Shown: in pieces, positions 1 to 9,707 of the stretch | Numbering within the stretch: position 1 is the stretch's first letter | How the letters are laid out: each line of letters starts with the position of its first letter | Assembly (NCBI GenBank): GCA_964474455.1 | Contig: CAYYSU010000010.1 | Coordinates: 518 to 64,517 of the forward strand | Direction: 5' to 3' | Length of the DNA stretch: 64,000 nt | From: an uncultured Bacteroidales bacterium | GTDB lineage: Bacteria; Bacteroidota; Bacteroidia; Bacteroidales; BM520 | The notes under the pieces: generated by a model | The model's input: the letters and a program-made list of their open reading frames with translations, nothing else | Database searches by the model: none | What the model was told of the DNA's origin: nothing | Position numbers and translations under genes: made by a program

Positions 1-1342
1 GAATGTGCGCTTTTGTAAGTTTTGTATTATTAAATACACCTCCGTTGTTCCATCGTTGCACCTCTGGCATGTTCCAGTAGTCGAATATTGTGGTTCTTCC
101 GTCGTCACCGCTGAACCCCGCCATCTTGTCGCCCTGCTCGCCAAGTTCCTGACCGTTGTATATCATCACCGGCCCCTGGTGCATCATAGCTGATACCACC
201 ATTGCAGGTAACCCTTTTTCCGGTATGCCGGCAAACTGTTGTGACGCGATGCGCTGCTCATCATGGTTTTCCATAAAACGGAGCATATATTTGTCGAGTC
301 CGTTAAGATGCTGCCACACTTGAGAAATATCTTCTGTATTACCTTTGCCTTCTGTTAGAGCTCGCAGCGTATCATATAGCCCCACTTTATCATACAGAAA
401 ATCGAATTTCCCTCCATGGATATACTCTCCGTAGAGATGTGGATTATAGACCTCAGCGATAAAAATAATTCCCGGGTTGCAGGCTTTTATTCGTGGGATA
501 ACCCAGTTCCAAAACTCCACCGGTACCATCTCCGCCATATCGCAACGAAAACCATCAACACCCATTTTACACCAGAATTCCAAAATATCAAGCATCCTGT
601 TCCAAGTATTGGGTATGGGATTGAAATGTTTCTCATTATGAAATCCGTAGTTGATACCATAATTCAACTTCACTGTTTCGTACCAGTCGTTGACTGAAGG
701 GGCGGGGGTGAAGTTATCGTTGCCGCTGGCTTTTGCAGGAAATTCATAGTACGGTCTTGTTTTATTGATATCCTTATATCCCCGACATTTTGCCACCGCC
801 TCTTCCGGTACTACAAATCTGCTTCCCGGAATATAGTAAAAGTTATTTTCTGGCAAGAAGTGTTGAGAAGGGTCGTCAAATTTCCCCAGCTGTATGTGAC
901 CGTTGGGAAGATTGTCGGAGTAGTAGTTGCGGGCTACATGATTGGGGACAAAATCAATAATAACCTTCAGTCCATAATTATGGGTTCTTTCTACTAGCGC
1001 CTTGAACTCATTGATGCGGTTTTTCGGATCATCAGCCAGGTCAGGAGAAACATCGTAATAATCCTTTATGGCGTAGGGTGAGCCGGCACGTCCTTTAACA
1101 ACACTTGGGTTGTCGGGTGAGATCCCGTACGAACTATAATCTGTGGTTGTAGCATGCTCAGGAATTCCGGTGTACCAAATGTGCGTTATTCCCAATTGTG
1201 AGATTGACTGTAATGCATTATTGTTGATAGCTGAAAATGTCCCGCAACCATTCTGTGCCTTAGAACCCAATGGTGTAAAATTCATATTTTCATTACCAAA
1301 TAATCTTGGAAACAATTGATATATTGCGATTTTCTTACTCAT
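1..1342 (-). CDS. Glycoside hydrolase family 13 (alpha-amylase superfamily) protein; the C-terminal end is cut off by the window edge
   Basis: This gene is absent from the ORF track because it runs off the left edge. My reverse-strand translation from the ATG at 1342..1340 reads MSKKIAIYQLFPRLFGNE...GITHIWYTGIPEH...VIIDFVPNHVA...GVDGFRCDMAEMVP...IIFIAEVY...FMENHDEQR, with no stop down to position 1. These are GH13 conserved regions I-IV. Confidence 0.8.
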   Translation of the reverse strand, partial: MSKKIAIYQLFPRLFGNENMNFTPLGSKAQNGCGTFSAINNNALQSISQLGITHIWYTGIPEHATTTDYSSYGISPDNPSVVKGRAGSPYAIKDYYDVSPDLADDPKNRINEFKALVERTHNYGLKVIIDFVPNHVARNYYSDNLPNGHIQLGKFDDPSQHFLPENNFYYIPGSRFVVPEEAVAKCRGYKDINKTRPYYEFPAKASGNDNFTPAPSVNDWYETVKLNYGINYGFHNEKHFNPIPNTWNRMLDILEFWCKMGVDGFRCDMAEMVPVEFWNWVIPRIKACNPGIIFIAEVYNPHLYGEYIHGGKFDFLYDKVGLYDTLRALTEGKGNTEDISQVWQHLNGLDKYMLRFMENHDEQRIASQQFAGIPEKGLPAMVVSAMMHQGPVMIYNGQELGEQGDKMAGFSGDDGRTTIFDYWNMPEVQRWNNGGVFNNTKLTKAHI

Positions 1343-1372
1343 CCTTATTTTTCCACCATTTTTTTCAGCGAA

Positions 1373-1380
1373 CAAAAATA
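1373..1380 (-). promoter_or_regulatory. Candidate Bacteroidota -7 promoter box (TATTTTTG on the minus strand) for the GH13 gene
   Basis: The plus strand reads CAAAAATA, which is the reverse complement of TAnnTTTG. It lies 31 nt upstream of the ATG at 1342. Confidence 0.4.
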
Positions 1381-1450
1381 ATCGAATTTTTCGATTGAGA
1401 GCCGGGAAAATCGAAAAGATAATATTGAAATTTATGTTTTGATCCCCGGG

Positions 1451-2098
1451 TTATTTTTGATAATCTTTTTTCTCAAATACCTCAAAGTTGCGAGAAACAT
1501 ATAGGTCTGCCATATCCTTCAAGCTTGTGACCACTTCGTGCTCACGTTCCAGCACCATAGTGCGAAATGGTGTCTGAGCCTCTTTGCCACGCCGGAGCTG
1601 AGCCTTCTTAGTCTCTTCATAGGTAATATCTATAAATACACGCATATCCACATCATCAGTCTTTAAAGCATAAAGCCCATCCAGAATCAGCACGTCGATC
1701 TTTGCGAAGTCAGTTATCAGCCTGTCAACCTGATCCGTGACAATATCCACGCAAGGCATCTCCGTTACAGCGCCGGCTCTAAAATCCACAAGGTTTTTGT
1801 TTATAACATCCCAGTCGTATTCAGTATATCCAATGCTTTCACGACCGTGTGCTTCGCGCCACTGGTTTCTTATTTCCGGCAAACTCATATAGTAGTTGTC
1901 GGTGTGCAAGGGCTTGGCTTTTAATCCTGCTTTTTTGTACAAATTTGCCAGACAATGCGACAGCTCTGTTTTTCCTGATCCGCTCTCTCCTGAAATAGCC
2001 ACAACAAAACGTCCGGTGCGTACCTTTTCAATATATTCATAAATCTTCTGTGCTGCCAGTTGGTGCTTCTCTTCTATTAATAATACGTCACTCAACAT
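1451..2098 (-). CDS. P-loop kinase of the uridine kinase/phosphoribulokinase family; substrate unknown
   Basis: The 215-aa ORF has a Walker A motif, AISGESGSGKTE, near the N-terminus and a hydrophobic strand plus Asp (VLILDGLYAL). It lies 11 nt downstream of the GH65 fusion gene on the same strand. Confidence 0.65.
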   Translation of the reverse strand: MLSDVLLIEEKHQLAAQKIYEYIEKVRTGRFVVAISGESGSGKTELSHCLANLYKKAGLKAKPLHTDNYYMSLPEIRNQWREAHGRESIGYTEYDWDVINKNLVDFRAGAVTEMPCVDIVTDQVDRLITDFAKIDVLILDGLYALKTDDVDMRVFIDITYEETKKAQLRRGKEAQTPFRTMVLEREHEVVTSLKDMADLYVSRNFEVFEKKDYQK

Positions 2099-2109
2099 AA
2101 TATCGGGGT

Positions 2110-5100
2110 TTAGTGTAATTGTAATTTATTTAATGATGCTTTTTCATCTTCCACAATAGCTTCATACAACTCTCCACGAAATTTAAAGCGGAAGGTCATT
2201 TTTCGCCAATGTTTGGGCATTGATGGTTCAAATATTATTTTGTCACCTCTGAGATCCAGTCCCGCAAAGGCTTTCTGTGCTATCTCAATGGTTCCCGCCA
2301 TTACTCCAGCATGAATCCCTTCTGCTGTTGTTCCTCCCTGGATATCCGTGAAATCGCTTCTTAAGGCATCAAGGTAAAGATCCCAGCTGAGGTCATCGCG
2401 CCCGATCATACGCGCCAGATATGAATGCACCACACGACTTAGGGTGCTGCCATGACTGGTGCGTTGCAGGTAGTAATCAAGGTTTTTGCTTATATAATCT
2501 TCCGGTAATTCGTACCCAAGCCCGTTTATGATACCTGTAACAGTGTCGTTGTTAAGATTGTAAAATGTCATTAGAGTATCCGCCTGTTTTGCAACTTTGT
2601 AGTCGTCAGGATGATGTCCTTCAGACTTCAGAATACGATCCATGCGGTGTATATCATCGTAGCGATTGCGGTAGTCGTCCCAGTTAAGCTCTTTAAGGTT
2701 GAAATAACCATCAAACTGTGAAATGATACCCTCCTCAGAGATTATGAGGTTCAGTTTTTCATCAATAACTTTCCATTTATTAAGCTCCTCTTCCGTAACG
2801 TTTATTTTTACCGCAGCCTCTTCAAAATCAATATCTTCATTGATCTTTAGCGTTTCAATTTTACCAAAAAGCCACGCTGTCATGATATTAGTGTATGCGT
2901 TATCTCTCAAACCACCATTTTTGTCACCCGGCAGCTTCTCATGGAATTCGTCAGGTCCCATAACGGCACTGATACTATATCTACCGTTGGCATCTTGTTT
3001 TGTTTTGGAAGCCCAGAAACGTGCTATTTCCAGAAGCATCTCAAGACCATACAGGTTCATAAATTCCACGTCGTTGGTGAGATGAAAATATGTATGAACA
3101 TTATATGCCACCGCCAGAGAGACGTGGCGTTGCAGTGAGCTATAGTCATCGCCCCATATTCCGGAGATAGGATTTAAATGAATGATTTGTGTCTCCTCTC
3201 GTCCGTCGGAACCGCTCTGCCATGGGAACATAGCACCTTTATATCCATGGGATTGTGCATATTCCCGTGCTTTTTCAAGCCTTCTGTAGCGGTACATCAG
3301 CATCGCTTTAGCCGCTTCGGGAAATGTTTTGCAATACCATGGCAGGATGTAGAGTTCGTCCCAGAAGATATGTCCGCGATACGCTTCTCCATGAAGGCCA
3401 CGTGCTGTGATACTTGCGTCGATTTTGTGGTTGTGAGGTGAGAATGAAGACATCAGATGGTAAATGTGCAGGCGTAGCAACTTTTGTGCTTCACGGTCGC
3501 CTTCAATTTCCATATTAGAGATAGCCCAAATTTCATTCCATGCCAACATACTCTCTGTTGCTTCAATGAAATATGATTCCGACTCTTTCACGGCGCTCAT
3601 AGCTGCCGCTGCAAAATCGTTTTTGTTCTCCTTAGAGGTATATATTGCTGCTATTTTTTCCAGAGAGAAGGTCTCTTCAGATTCCAGCTCGACATCCCAG
3701 AATGCTGTTGCCACGCCGTCAGTTATTTCTGTACGTTGAGGCTTGTTTTCAGGAAAACGAACAGCTACAGCTACATTAACATTCGATTGTGTTGTGCGCA
3801 CCTGTACAAGCAGTGCATCGTCAGATACCTGTTCAAGATCCGGGCTGAGATGCTTTTGATTGAGGTCACGGTAGCGTTTAACGCCATCATTAATGATCGC
3901 TCCGTTGATACCGGATTTTATGGTTATCTTACCACTGAAGTTCATGGGAGTAATATTGTAATTCATTCCACCCAGGTGCATGTTTTTCATGCTGGCAAAA
4001 CGCGACGATTCTATGAGTACGCTATGACCTTCGGAATCGGTTGCAAGGATATCTCTTGTCATCTCACCGGATCCCATATCCAGATTTCGCTGGAAGAACT
4101 CAATCTTCCAGGTATCAGGATTAAACCATTGGCCATCATTGATTTTGAAAGAGGTATTAGTCCAGTCGGGGATGTTTACAAAGTCTTCATTTTCAATCTC
4201 ACGATTTCCAACTTTTGATGTGAGTCGGTTATATAGTCCGGCCACATACGTTCCGGGGTAATGATTTTCTGATGCAAGGGATTCTTCCATGGCACCACGG
4301 GTGGCGAAGAAGCCATTCCCAACGGTGAGAAGTGTTTCGCGGGTTTTCTCTTTCACAGGATCATATTCTTTATATGTGATGTTCCAGCCATCCTCTTCCA
4401 GCCCTTCTTTAAACCACATGTCGATCTCTTCCAGGGTGATGTCTTCAAGATCTTCCACCACAATGTCGGCACCATTTCTCCCCAGCTCTTCGTCGTTATT
4501 TTGTCGTGCTACACCGAGAACAAGTCCAAAGTTACCCTTTTTACCTGCCATCACGCCTGAAACAGCATCTTCTACTACTACAGCCTGGTCGAAAGGCACT
4601 CCTATTTTATTTGCTGCTGTGGTGAAGATGTCGGGATCCGGTTTTCCTTTGAGATTGTGTGCTGCGCTATACACTCCATCTATTTGAGCTTCAAAGAGGC
4701 CTGTCAGACCTGCTGCCTGGAGCACTGCACCGCAGTTTTTCGATGAACTGGCAACCGCAATGCGGACGCCATCTTCCTGTAGTTGTTTTATCATTTCCAC
4801 TGTCGAAGGAAAAACCTCCACTCCATCGTTAGCAATGATTTCGTTGAACTTCTCATTCTTCCTGTTTCCAAGTCCGCAGGCAGTAAACATCGCCGTTGAG
4901 TCGCCGGGAGATCCGAAAGGAAGATTGATGTTTCTGGATTCCAGGAAAGAAACGACTCCTTTATATCTGGGCATACCATCAACAAAAGTCAGATAATCGC
5001 CTTCGTGAGTAAATTCACGGAAAGGAACATTCTCCTGTGTAGAGTATGCTTTAAGAAACTCATCGAACATCTCCTTCCAGGCACGTGAATGTACTTTTGC

Positions 5101-5160
5101 TGTCTGTGTGATGACCCCATCGAGGTCAAAAATCACTGCTTTAAAATTATGTTTATTCAT
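2110..5160 (-). CDS. Fusion protein: N-terminal beta-phosphoglucomutase-type HAD hydrolase plus a GH65 disaccharide phosphorylase/hydrolase (maltose/trehalose/kojibiose phosphorylase family)
   Basis: The ORF is 1016 aa. The HAD motifs are DLDGVITQT (motif I), ASSSKN (II), KGKPDPDIF (III) and VVEDAVSGVMAGKKG (IV). They are followed by about 790 aa with a GH65-like core (GHIFWDELYILPWY, MFPWQSGSDGREETQ, MGPDEFHE). Confidence 0.85.
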   Translation of the reverse strand: MNKHNFKAVIFDLDGVITQTAKVHSRAWKEMFDEFLKAYSTQENVPFREFTHEGDYLTFVDGMPRYKGVVSFLESRNINLPFGSPGDSTAMFTACGLGNRKNEKFNEIIANDGVEVFPSTVEMIKQLQEDGVRIAVASSSKNCGAVLQAAGLTGLFEAQIDGVYSAAHNLKGKPDPDIFTTAANKIGVPFDQAVVVEDAVSGVMAGKKGNFGLVLGVARQNNDEELGRNGADIVVEDLEDITLEEIDMWFKEGLEEDGWNITYKEYDPVKEKTRETLLTVGNGFFATRGAMEESLASENHYPGTYVAGLYNRLTSKVGNREIENEDFVNIPDWTNTSFKINDGQWFNPDTWKIEFFQRNLDMGSGEMTRDILATDSEGHSVLIESSRFASMKNMHLGGMNYNITPMNFSGKITIKSGINGAIINDGVKRYRDLNQKHLSPDLEQVSDDALLVQVRTTQSNVNVAVAVRFPENKPQRTEITDGVATAFWDVELESEETFSLEKIAAIYTSKENKNDFAAAAMSAVKESESYFIEATESMLAWNEIWAISNMEIEGDREAQKLLRLHIYHLMSSFSPHNHKIDASITARGLHGEAYRGHIFWDELYILPWYCKTFPEAAKAMLMYRYRRLEKAREYAQSHGYKGAMFPWQSGSDGREETQIIHLNPISGIWGDDYSSLQRHVSLAVAYNVHTYFHLTNDVEFMNLYGLEMLLEIARFWASKTKQDANGRYSISAVMGPDEFHEKLPGDKNGGLRDNAYTNIMTAWLFGKIETLKINEDIDFEEAAVKINVTEEELNKWKVIDEKLNLIISEEGIISQFDGYFNLKELNWDDYRNRYDDIHRMDRILKSEGHHPDDYKVAKQADTLMTFYNLNNDTVTGIINGLGYELPEDYISKNLDYYLQRTSHGSTLSRVVHSYLARMIGRDDLSWDLYLDALRSDFTDIQGGTTAEGIHAGVMAGTIEIAQKAFAGLDLRGDKIIFEPSMPKHWRKMTFRFKFRGELYEAIVEDEKASLNKLQLH

Positions 5161-5207
5161 AGGTTTTTTTTTCTAATATTTTAAATAATAATCCCATTAC
5201 CCTGTTA

Positions 5208-6935
5208 TTAAATCCAGTAATAAGAATATGGCTTTAACATAATGCCATCATTATTTTTCTCCGGCCATATCCGACCCAATCTGTCTTTATCACCTGCACA
5301 TATATTTAAAGAATTTTCATGGATATATATGTCTTTATCAGAAAGATTTTGGATGATAACGATGTGCTCGTGATCATAGTCACGTGTGTAGGCCATAACC
5401 TCAGTAATCACATTTTCTTCTTTATCTTTAATATCAATCCATCTTATATCTCCACGTCCGAAGGCTTTGGAGTTTTTACGCACTTCTATCATCTTGGAAA
5501 GTCTTTGGAAAACCTTATGGCTTAATGTTTCCGGATTTTGTAAGTCATCAGTAACTCTTTCCCAATCAATTTTTCCACGTACCAGAAAGCGTGTATCATC
5601 TTTTCCTGTGTGCTTGATTTGTTCCTTATAGTATTCTATATCATTCTCTTTTGCAAACTCATCACCATAATAGATAATTGGTGTTCCGGGCAGGGTAAGC
5701 ATTATGGAGTATGCCAGTGCAATCTTTTCCGGATTTTTTTTCATCAGTTCTGAGAGGCGTGCTGAGATGCCTTCTCCAACACGGAAATTCCACATTTGAT
5801 CATGGCAATAACTTTCATGAATCAGCTTTCTATCTTCTTCAGAGACATAAATTAACTCCAGGCTGAGCTCATCGTGGCATCTCAGGAATGTAAACCACTG
5901 GCTTTGAGATGAGATTGCGGGTGTTACTTTGGTTCTGAGTGTATTCATTACAGGCTCACGTGATTCTATTGCCAGAGCTTTGTATATCATGGGCATCAGC
6001 GGGAAGTGGTATCCTGCGTTACACTCATCACCGGTACCGATATATTTTACCACTTCTGTAGGTTTTTGACATGCCTCGGCAAGCAACAGAGTGTTGGGAC
6101 GAATAAAATCCAATACTGCTTTAAAGAATTTTACTATGGTGTGTGTCTGAGGCAGATTTTCACAATCAGTACCCTCTTCCTTCCATAGGTATGGGATAGC
6201 GTCGGCACGGAAGCCATCCACACCCTGTGATACCCAGTATATCAGATTGCGGCACATCTCCACGATAACGTGTGGGTTGCGGTAGTTCAAGTCGGGCTGG
6301 AACTCAAAGAAGCGGTGGAAGAAATACTGATCACCGGATTTCTCCCAGTTACTGGAGCACATACCTTTAAAGATTATGCGTGCGTCAGTGTATTTGTTCT
6401 CGTCGTCGTTCCAGATAAAGAAATCGCGGTAAGCGTTGTCTTTGCTGCTTTTGGCCTCCTTAAACCAGGGGTGCTCTTCCGAAACGTGGTTCATGGCGAT
6501 GTCGAATATCACCTTTATTTTGCGCCTGTTAGCCTCGTCGAGAAATTCCTTGAACAGACGTTCAGCCTCTTCTGTAGTAGCGGAGTCAGGAAGGCCCAGC
6601 AGAGATTTTCTTACCGCTCTGTAATTGGAGATGTCGAAGCCGGCATCACGCATGGGTGACTCCAGAACGGGAAGTAGCCAGATGCAATTGACTCCAAGGC
6701 TCTCCAGATAGTCGAACTTTTGAATGAGACCGTTGAAGGTGTCGTTGAAAAGATCCACGTAAAGAGAATATACAATGGCATCTTTGTACCATCCCTCATC
6801 CATAGCCTTTACATTGTTGAGCTTTTTGTATTGTAATACTTCTTCGGTAAACTTATTTAATAACTCTATATTTTGTTTTCCGTAGAGGGAAAACCAGAGC
6901 TCTGATAATCTGTTTTTTAATATTTCGTGATTCAT
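5208..6935 (-). CDS. GH13 alpha-glucan transglucosylase, trehalose synthase (TreS)/amylosucrase-like
   Basis: Motifs are FDIAMNHVSEEHPWF, GVDGFRADAIPYLWKEEGTDCENLPQTH (a TreS/amylosucrase-type region II) and FLRCHDELSLE. I trimmed the start from the track's 6995 to the ATG at 6935 (MNHEILKNR) because a -7 box lies inside the longer ORF. Confidence 0.8.
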   Translation of the reverse strand: MNHEILKNRLSELWFSLYGKQNIELLNKFTEEVLQYKKLNNVKAMDEGWYKDAIVYSLYVDLFNDTFNGLIQKFDYLESLGVNCIWLLPVLESPMRDAGFDISNYRAVRKSLLGLPDSATTEEAERLFKEFLDEANRRKIKVIFDIAMNHVSEEHPWFKEAKSSKDNAYRDFFIWNDDENKYTDARIIFKGMCSSNWEKSGDQYFFHRFFEFQPDLNYRNPHVIVEMCRNLIYWVSQGVDGFRADAIPYLWKEEGTDCENLPQTHTIVKFFKAVLDFIRPNTLLLAEACQKPTEVVKYIGTGDECNAGYHFPLMPMIYKALAIESREPVMNTLRTKVTPAISSQSQWFTFLRCHDELSLELIYVSEEDRKLIHESYCHDQMWNFRVGEGISARLSELMKKNPEKIALAYSIMLTLPGTPIIYYGDEFAKENDIEYYKEQIKHTGKDDTRFLVRGKIDWERVTDDLQNPETLSHKVFQRLSKMIEVRKNSKAFGRGDIRWIDIKDKEENVITEVMAYTRDYDHEHIVIIQNLSDKDIYIHENSLNICAGDKDRLGRIWPEKNNDGIMLKPYSYYWI

Positions 6936-6979
6936 AAACCGGTTGTTTAATGTATAAACCTGAAAAGAGTACAGTAGTT

Positions 6980-6987
6980 CAAAAATA
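6980..6987 (-). promoter_or_regulatory. Candidate -7 promoter box (TATTTTTG on the minus strand) for the TreS-like/GH65/kinase operon
   Basis: The plus strand reads CAAAAATA, 45 nt upstream of the ATG at 6935. Confidence 0.4.
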
Positions 6988-7068
6988 GCAATCAAAACCG
7001 TTGAAAAGCAATGTTTTGACAGGAATAGTTACGCAAACGATTGCAAATGGAGGAGGGGTGAATTACTT

Positions 7069-8340
7069 TTAATAACCGTATTTGTCTCCCCAGCGATCGG
7101 ATAATCTTTTTCTGGTCTCTTCTTCCCGCTTATTGCTTCCCGGCTCGTAGAATTTTGTGCCTAAAATTTCATTTGGAAGGAATTCAATGTCCGTAAAATT
7201 GTTTTCGTAGTCATGAGCATATTGATACTCTTTGCCATAGCCCTGCTGCTTCATGAGCTTGGTAGGTGCATTGCGCAGATGTAATGGCACCGGCAGGTCA
7301 CCGGTTTGCTTTACGAAAGCCTGTGCTTTTTTGATGGCTAAGTACGTGGAGTTGCTTTTAGGGCTGTTAGCCAGATACGTTGTTGTTTGCGAAAGGGTAA
7401 TACGCCCTTCCGGCCACCCGATTTTGTGGATGGTATCGAAGCAGGCATTGGCGAGCAACAGCGCGTTGGGGTTGGCATTACCTATATCCTCAGAAGCCAG
7501 AATTACTAATCTTCTTGCGATGAACTTAGGATCTTCGCCGCCTTCGATCATACGCGCCAGCCAATACAACGCTGCGTTGGGATCGCTGCCACGAATGGAT
7601 TTAATGAATGCGGAGATAATGTCATAATGCTGCTCGCCGCCCTTATCGTACATGGCAAGGTTTTGCTGGATGGTTTTAAGTACCAGTTTGTTGGTGATAA
7701 TGATCTCATTATCTTTATTTTGATTAACAATTAGATCGAGAGCATTAAGCATCTTGCGCGCATCACCTTGAGAGGTACGCATCAGCGCTTCATCCTCTTC
7801 GACCATTATCTTAAATTGCTTCTCTTTGGTGAGATAGTCAAGACCACGTTGCAGCACTTTGCCCAGATCCTGCCTGTTGAGGTTTTGCAGGATATACGTT
7901 TGGCAGCGCGATAACAGTGGAGAGATAACTTCGAAAGAGGGGTTTTCTGTGGTTGCACCAATAAGTGTGATAATGCCCTTTTCCACTGCGCCGAGTAGCG
8001 AGTCCTGCTGACTTTTGCTGAAACGGTGTATCTCATCGATGAAGAGTATGGCGTTGGGGTTGTCTTCTGCATCTTTAATCACTGCGCGGATCTCTTTAAC
8101 TCCTGAACTGATTGCGCTGAGGGTGTAAAAAGGCCTGCTTAGTTGTTTTGAGATCAGGAAGGCCAGGGTTGTTTTTCCTACACCTGGAGGACCCCATAGA
8201 ATCATCGATGGAATGCTTCCCGATTCGATGGCTGTGCGTAGTATAGCACCTTCTCCCACAAGGTGTTCCTGCCCGATATACTCTCCCAGATTCTGTGGAC
8301 GCAAAATCTCTGCCAGTGGCGATTGCTGTGTGTTTGACAT
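7069..8340 (-). CDS. rarA: Replication-associated recombination protein A (AAA+ ATPase RarA/MgsA)
   Basis: The 423-aa ORF has Walker A WGPPGVGKTTLA, Walker B ILFIDEIHRF, the motif GATTENPSFEV, and a C-terminal MgsA-type helical domain (YDIISAFIKSIRGSDPNAALYWLARM). Confidence 0.92.
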   Translation of the reverse strand: MSNTQQSPLAEILRPQNLGEYIGQEHLVGEGAILRTAIESGSIPSMILWGPPGVGKTTLAFLISKQLSRPFYTLSAISSGVKEIRAVIKDAEDNPNAILFIDEIHRFSKSQQDSLLGAVEKGIITLIGATTENPSFEVISPLLSRCQTYILQNLNRQDLGKVLQRGLDYLTKEKQFKIMVEEDEALMRTSQGDARKMLNALDLIVNQNKDNEIIITNKLVLKTIQQNLAMYDKGGEQHYDIISAFIKSIRGSDPNAALYWLARMIEGGEDPKFIARRLVILASEDIGNANPNALLLANACFDTIHKIGWPEGRITLSQTTTYLANSPKSNSTYLAIKKAQAFVKQTGDLPVPLHLRNAPTKLMKQQGYGKEYQYAHDYENNFTDIEFLPNEILGTKFYEPGSNKREEETRKRLSDRWGDKYGY

Positions 8341-8441
8341 TGTTTTTTTCTTAGCTTTGCAAAAGTAAAATTAACGAAATAATGTGGATTCTAAGCCTTC
8401 ACATTATTATTAATTTATAATTCAACTCATTTTTGCTGTAT

Positions 8442-9656
8442 ATGGCAACATTTTACGATTTTGATCTTGACGAGGATGTGATGGAAGCTATCACTATGAT
8501 GGGATATAGCGAGCCTACTCCCGTGCAGGAAGCTGTGATACCGTTGATTCTTGAAAATCATGACCTTATAGCCTGTGCACAGACCGGTACCGGTAAGACT
8601 GCCGCTTTCCTTTTGCCGCTGATACATAAGATTATGCAGCTTAAAGAAGATGGTAGTGTGAATACTATTATCATATCCCCGACACGCGAACTGGCACAAC
8701 AGATCGACCAACAGATGCAGGGCTTTGCTTATTTTGCCAAAGTGAGCTCGATAGCAGTATATGGTGGTACTGCCGGCAGCGACTGGGATCAGGAGAAGAA
8801 AGCTCTCTCCAAAGGTGCCGATATTATTATCGCTACTCCCGGCAGGCTAAAGTCGCACCTGATTCACAACTATGCCCGTCTTGAAAACCTGCAACATCTG
8901 GTTCTCGATGAGGCCGATCGTATGCTTGATATGGGCTTTGTCGATGACATACGCCAGATTATTAGTAAGTTACCTGCAAAACGTCAGACTCTTCTTTTTT
9001 CTGCTACAATGCCCAACGATATCCGTAAGCTGGCGCATGAGATTCTGCATGACCCCAGGGAGATTAACCTTGCAATGTCGAAACCGGTAGAAGGTGTCTT
9101 GCAGGCTGCATATGTGCTTTCTGAAACCCAGAAATTGCCTTTGGTAACGCACCTCTTAAAGTATAAAGATCTGGATAGGATATTGGTTTTTGCCTCCACA
9201 AAAGCTGATGTGAAGGATCTGCACCGATCTCTCAGGAAAGCCGGCCTCGACGCCAATGCCATACATTCTGACCTGGCACAGCCCGAGCGTGAGGATGTGC
9301 TTAACAAGTTTAAGGCAGGACAGGTTTCGATTCTTGTTGCCACTGATGTTGTAAGCCGTGGCATAGATGTACAGAATATTGACCTTGTAATCAATTATAA
9401 TGTGCCTTCAGATGCCGAGGATTACGTGCATCGCATTGGGAGAACAGCAAGGGCGAAATCTTCTGGTGTGGCTATAACTTTGGTGAACCGTGAGGATCAG
9501 ATAAAAATGGGACGCATTGAAAAACTTATTGAAACACAGGTGTATAAATGTGAGCTGCCCGAAGGCTTCGAGCCCGGTCCGGAATACAAACCGGTACAAC
9601 AACATAGAAATAAGGGGTATCGGAAATACCCTCCCAGAGGTAAGAGGAAAAAATAA
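8442..9656 (+). CDS. DEAD-box ATP-dependent RNA helicase
   Basis: It has a Q-motif region (GYSEPTPVQ) and the motifs AQTGTGKT, PTRELA, DEAD, SAT and HRIGRTAR, plus a basic C-terminal tail. I placed the start at the first ATG (8442); the track ORF begins at a TTG at 8433. Confidence 0.92.
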   Translation: MATFYDFDLDEDVMEAITMMGYSEPTPVQEAVIPLILENHDLIACAQTGTGKTAAFLLPLIHKIMQLKEDGSVNTIIISPTRELAQQIDQQMQGFAYFAKVSSIAVYGGTAGSDWDQEKKALSKGADIIIATPGRLKSHLIHNYARLENLQHLVLDEADRMLDMGFVDDIRQIISKLPAKRQTLLFSATMPNDIRKLAHEILHDPREINLAMSKPVEGVLQAAYVLSETQKLPLVTHLLKYKDLDRILVFASTKADVKDLHRSLRKAGLDANAIHSDLAQPEREDVLNKFKAGQVSILVATDVVSRGIDVQNIDLVINYNVPSDAEDYVHRIGRTARAKSSGVAITLVNREDQIKMGRIEKLIETQVYKCELPEGFEPGPEYKPVQQHRNKGYRKYPPRGKRKK

Positions 9657-9707
9657 ATTATTTGACCCCTTTGACAGAATGCTTTAGTGTGTGGATGTAG
9701 ATGACTC

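Noticed and set aside
5-697. Plus-strand ORFs 5..193 and 416..697 lie at the left edge.
   Set aside because: They lie antisense to a continuous GH13 reading frame with all four conserved GH13 regions, so they are shadow ORFs.
3340-3400. The GH65 catalytic-acid region reads GHIFWDELY, whereas I remember FWDTE-like motifs in phosphorylases. I wondered whether this marks a hydrolase rather than a phosphorylase.
   Set aside because: I cannot align GH65 subfamilies reliably from memory, so the observation is too weak to report as a finding. It is folded into the suggested checks for the cluster.
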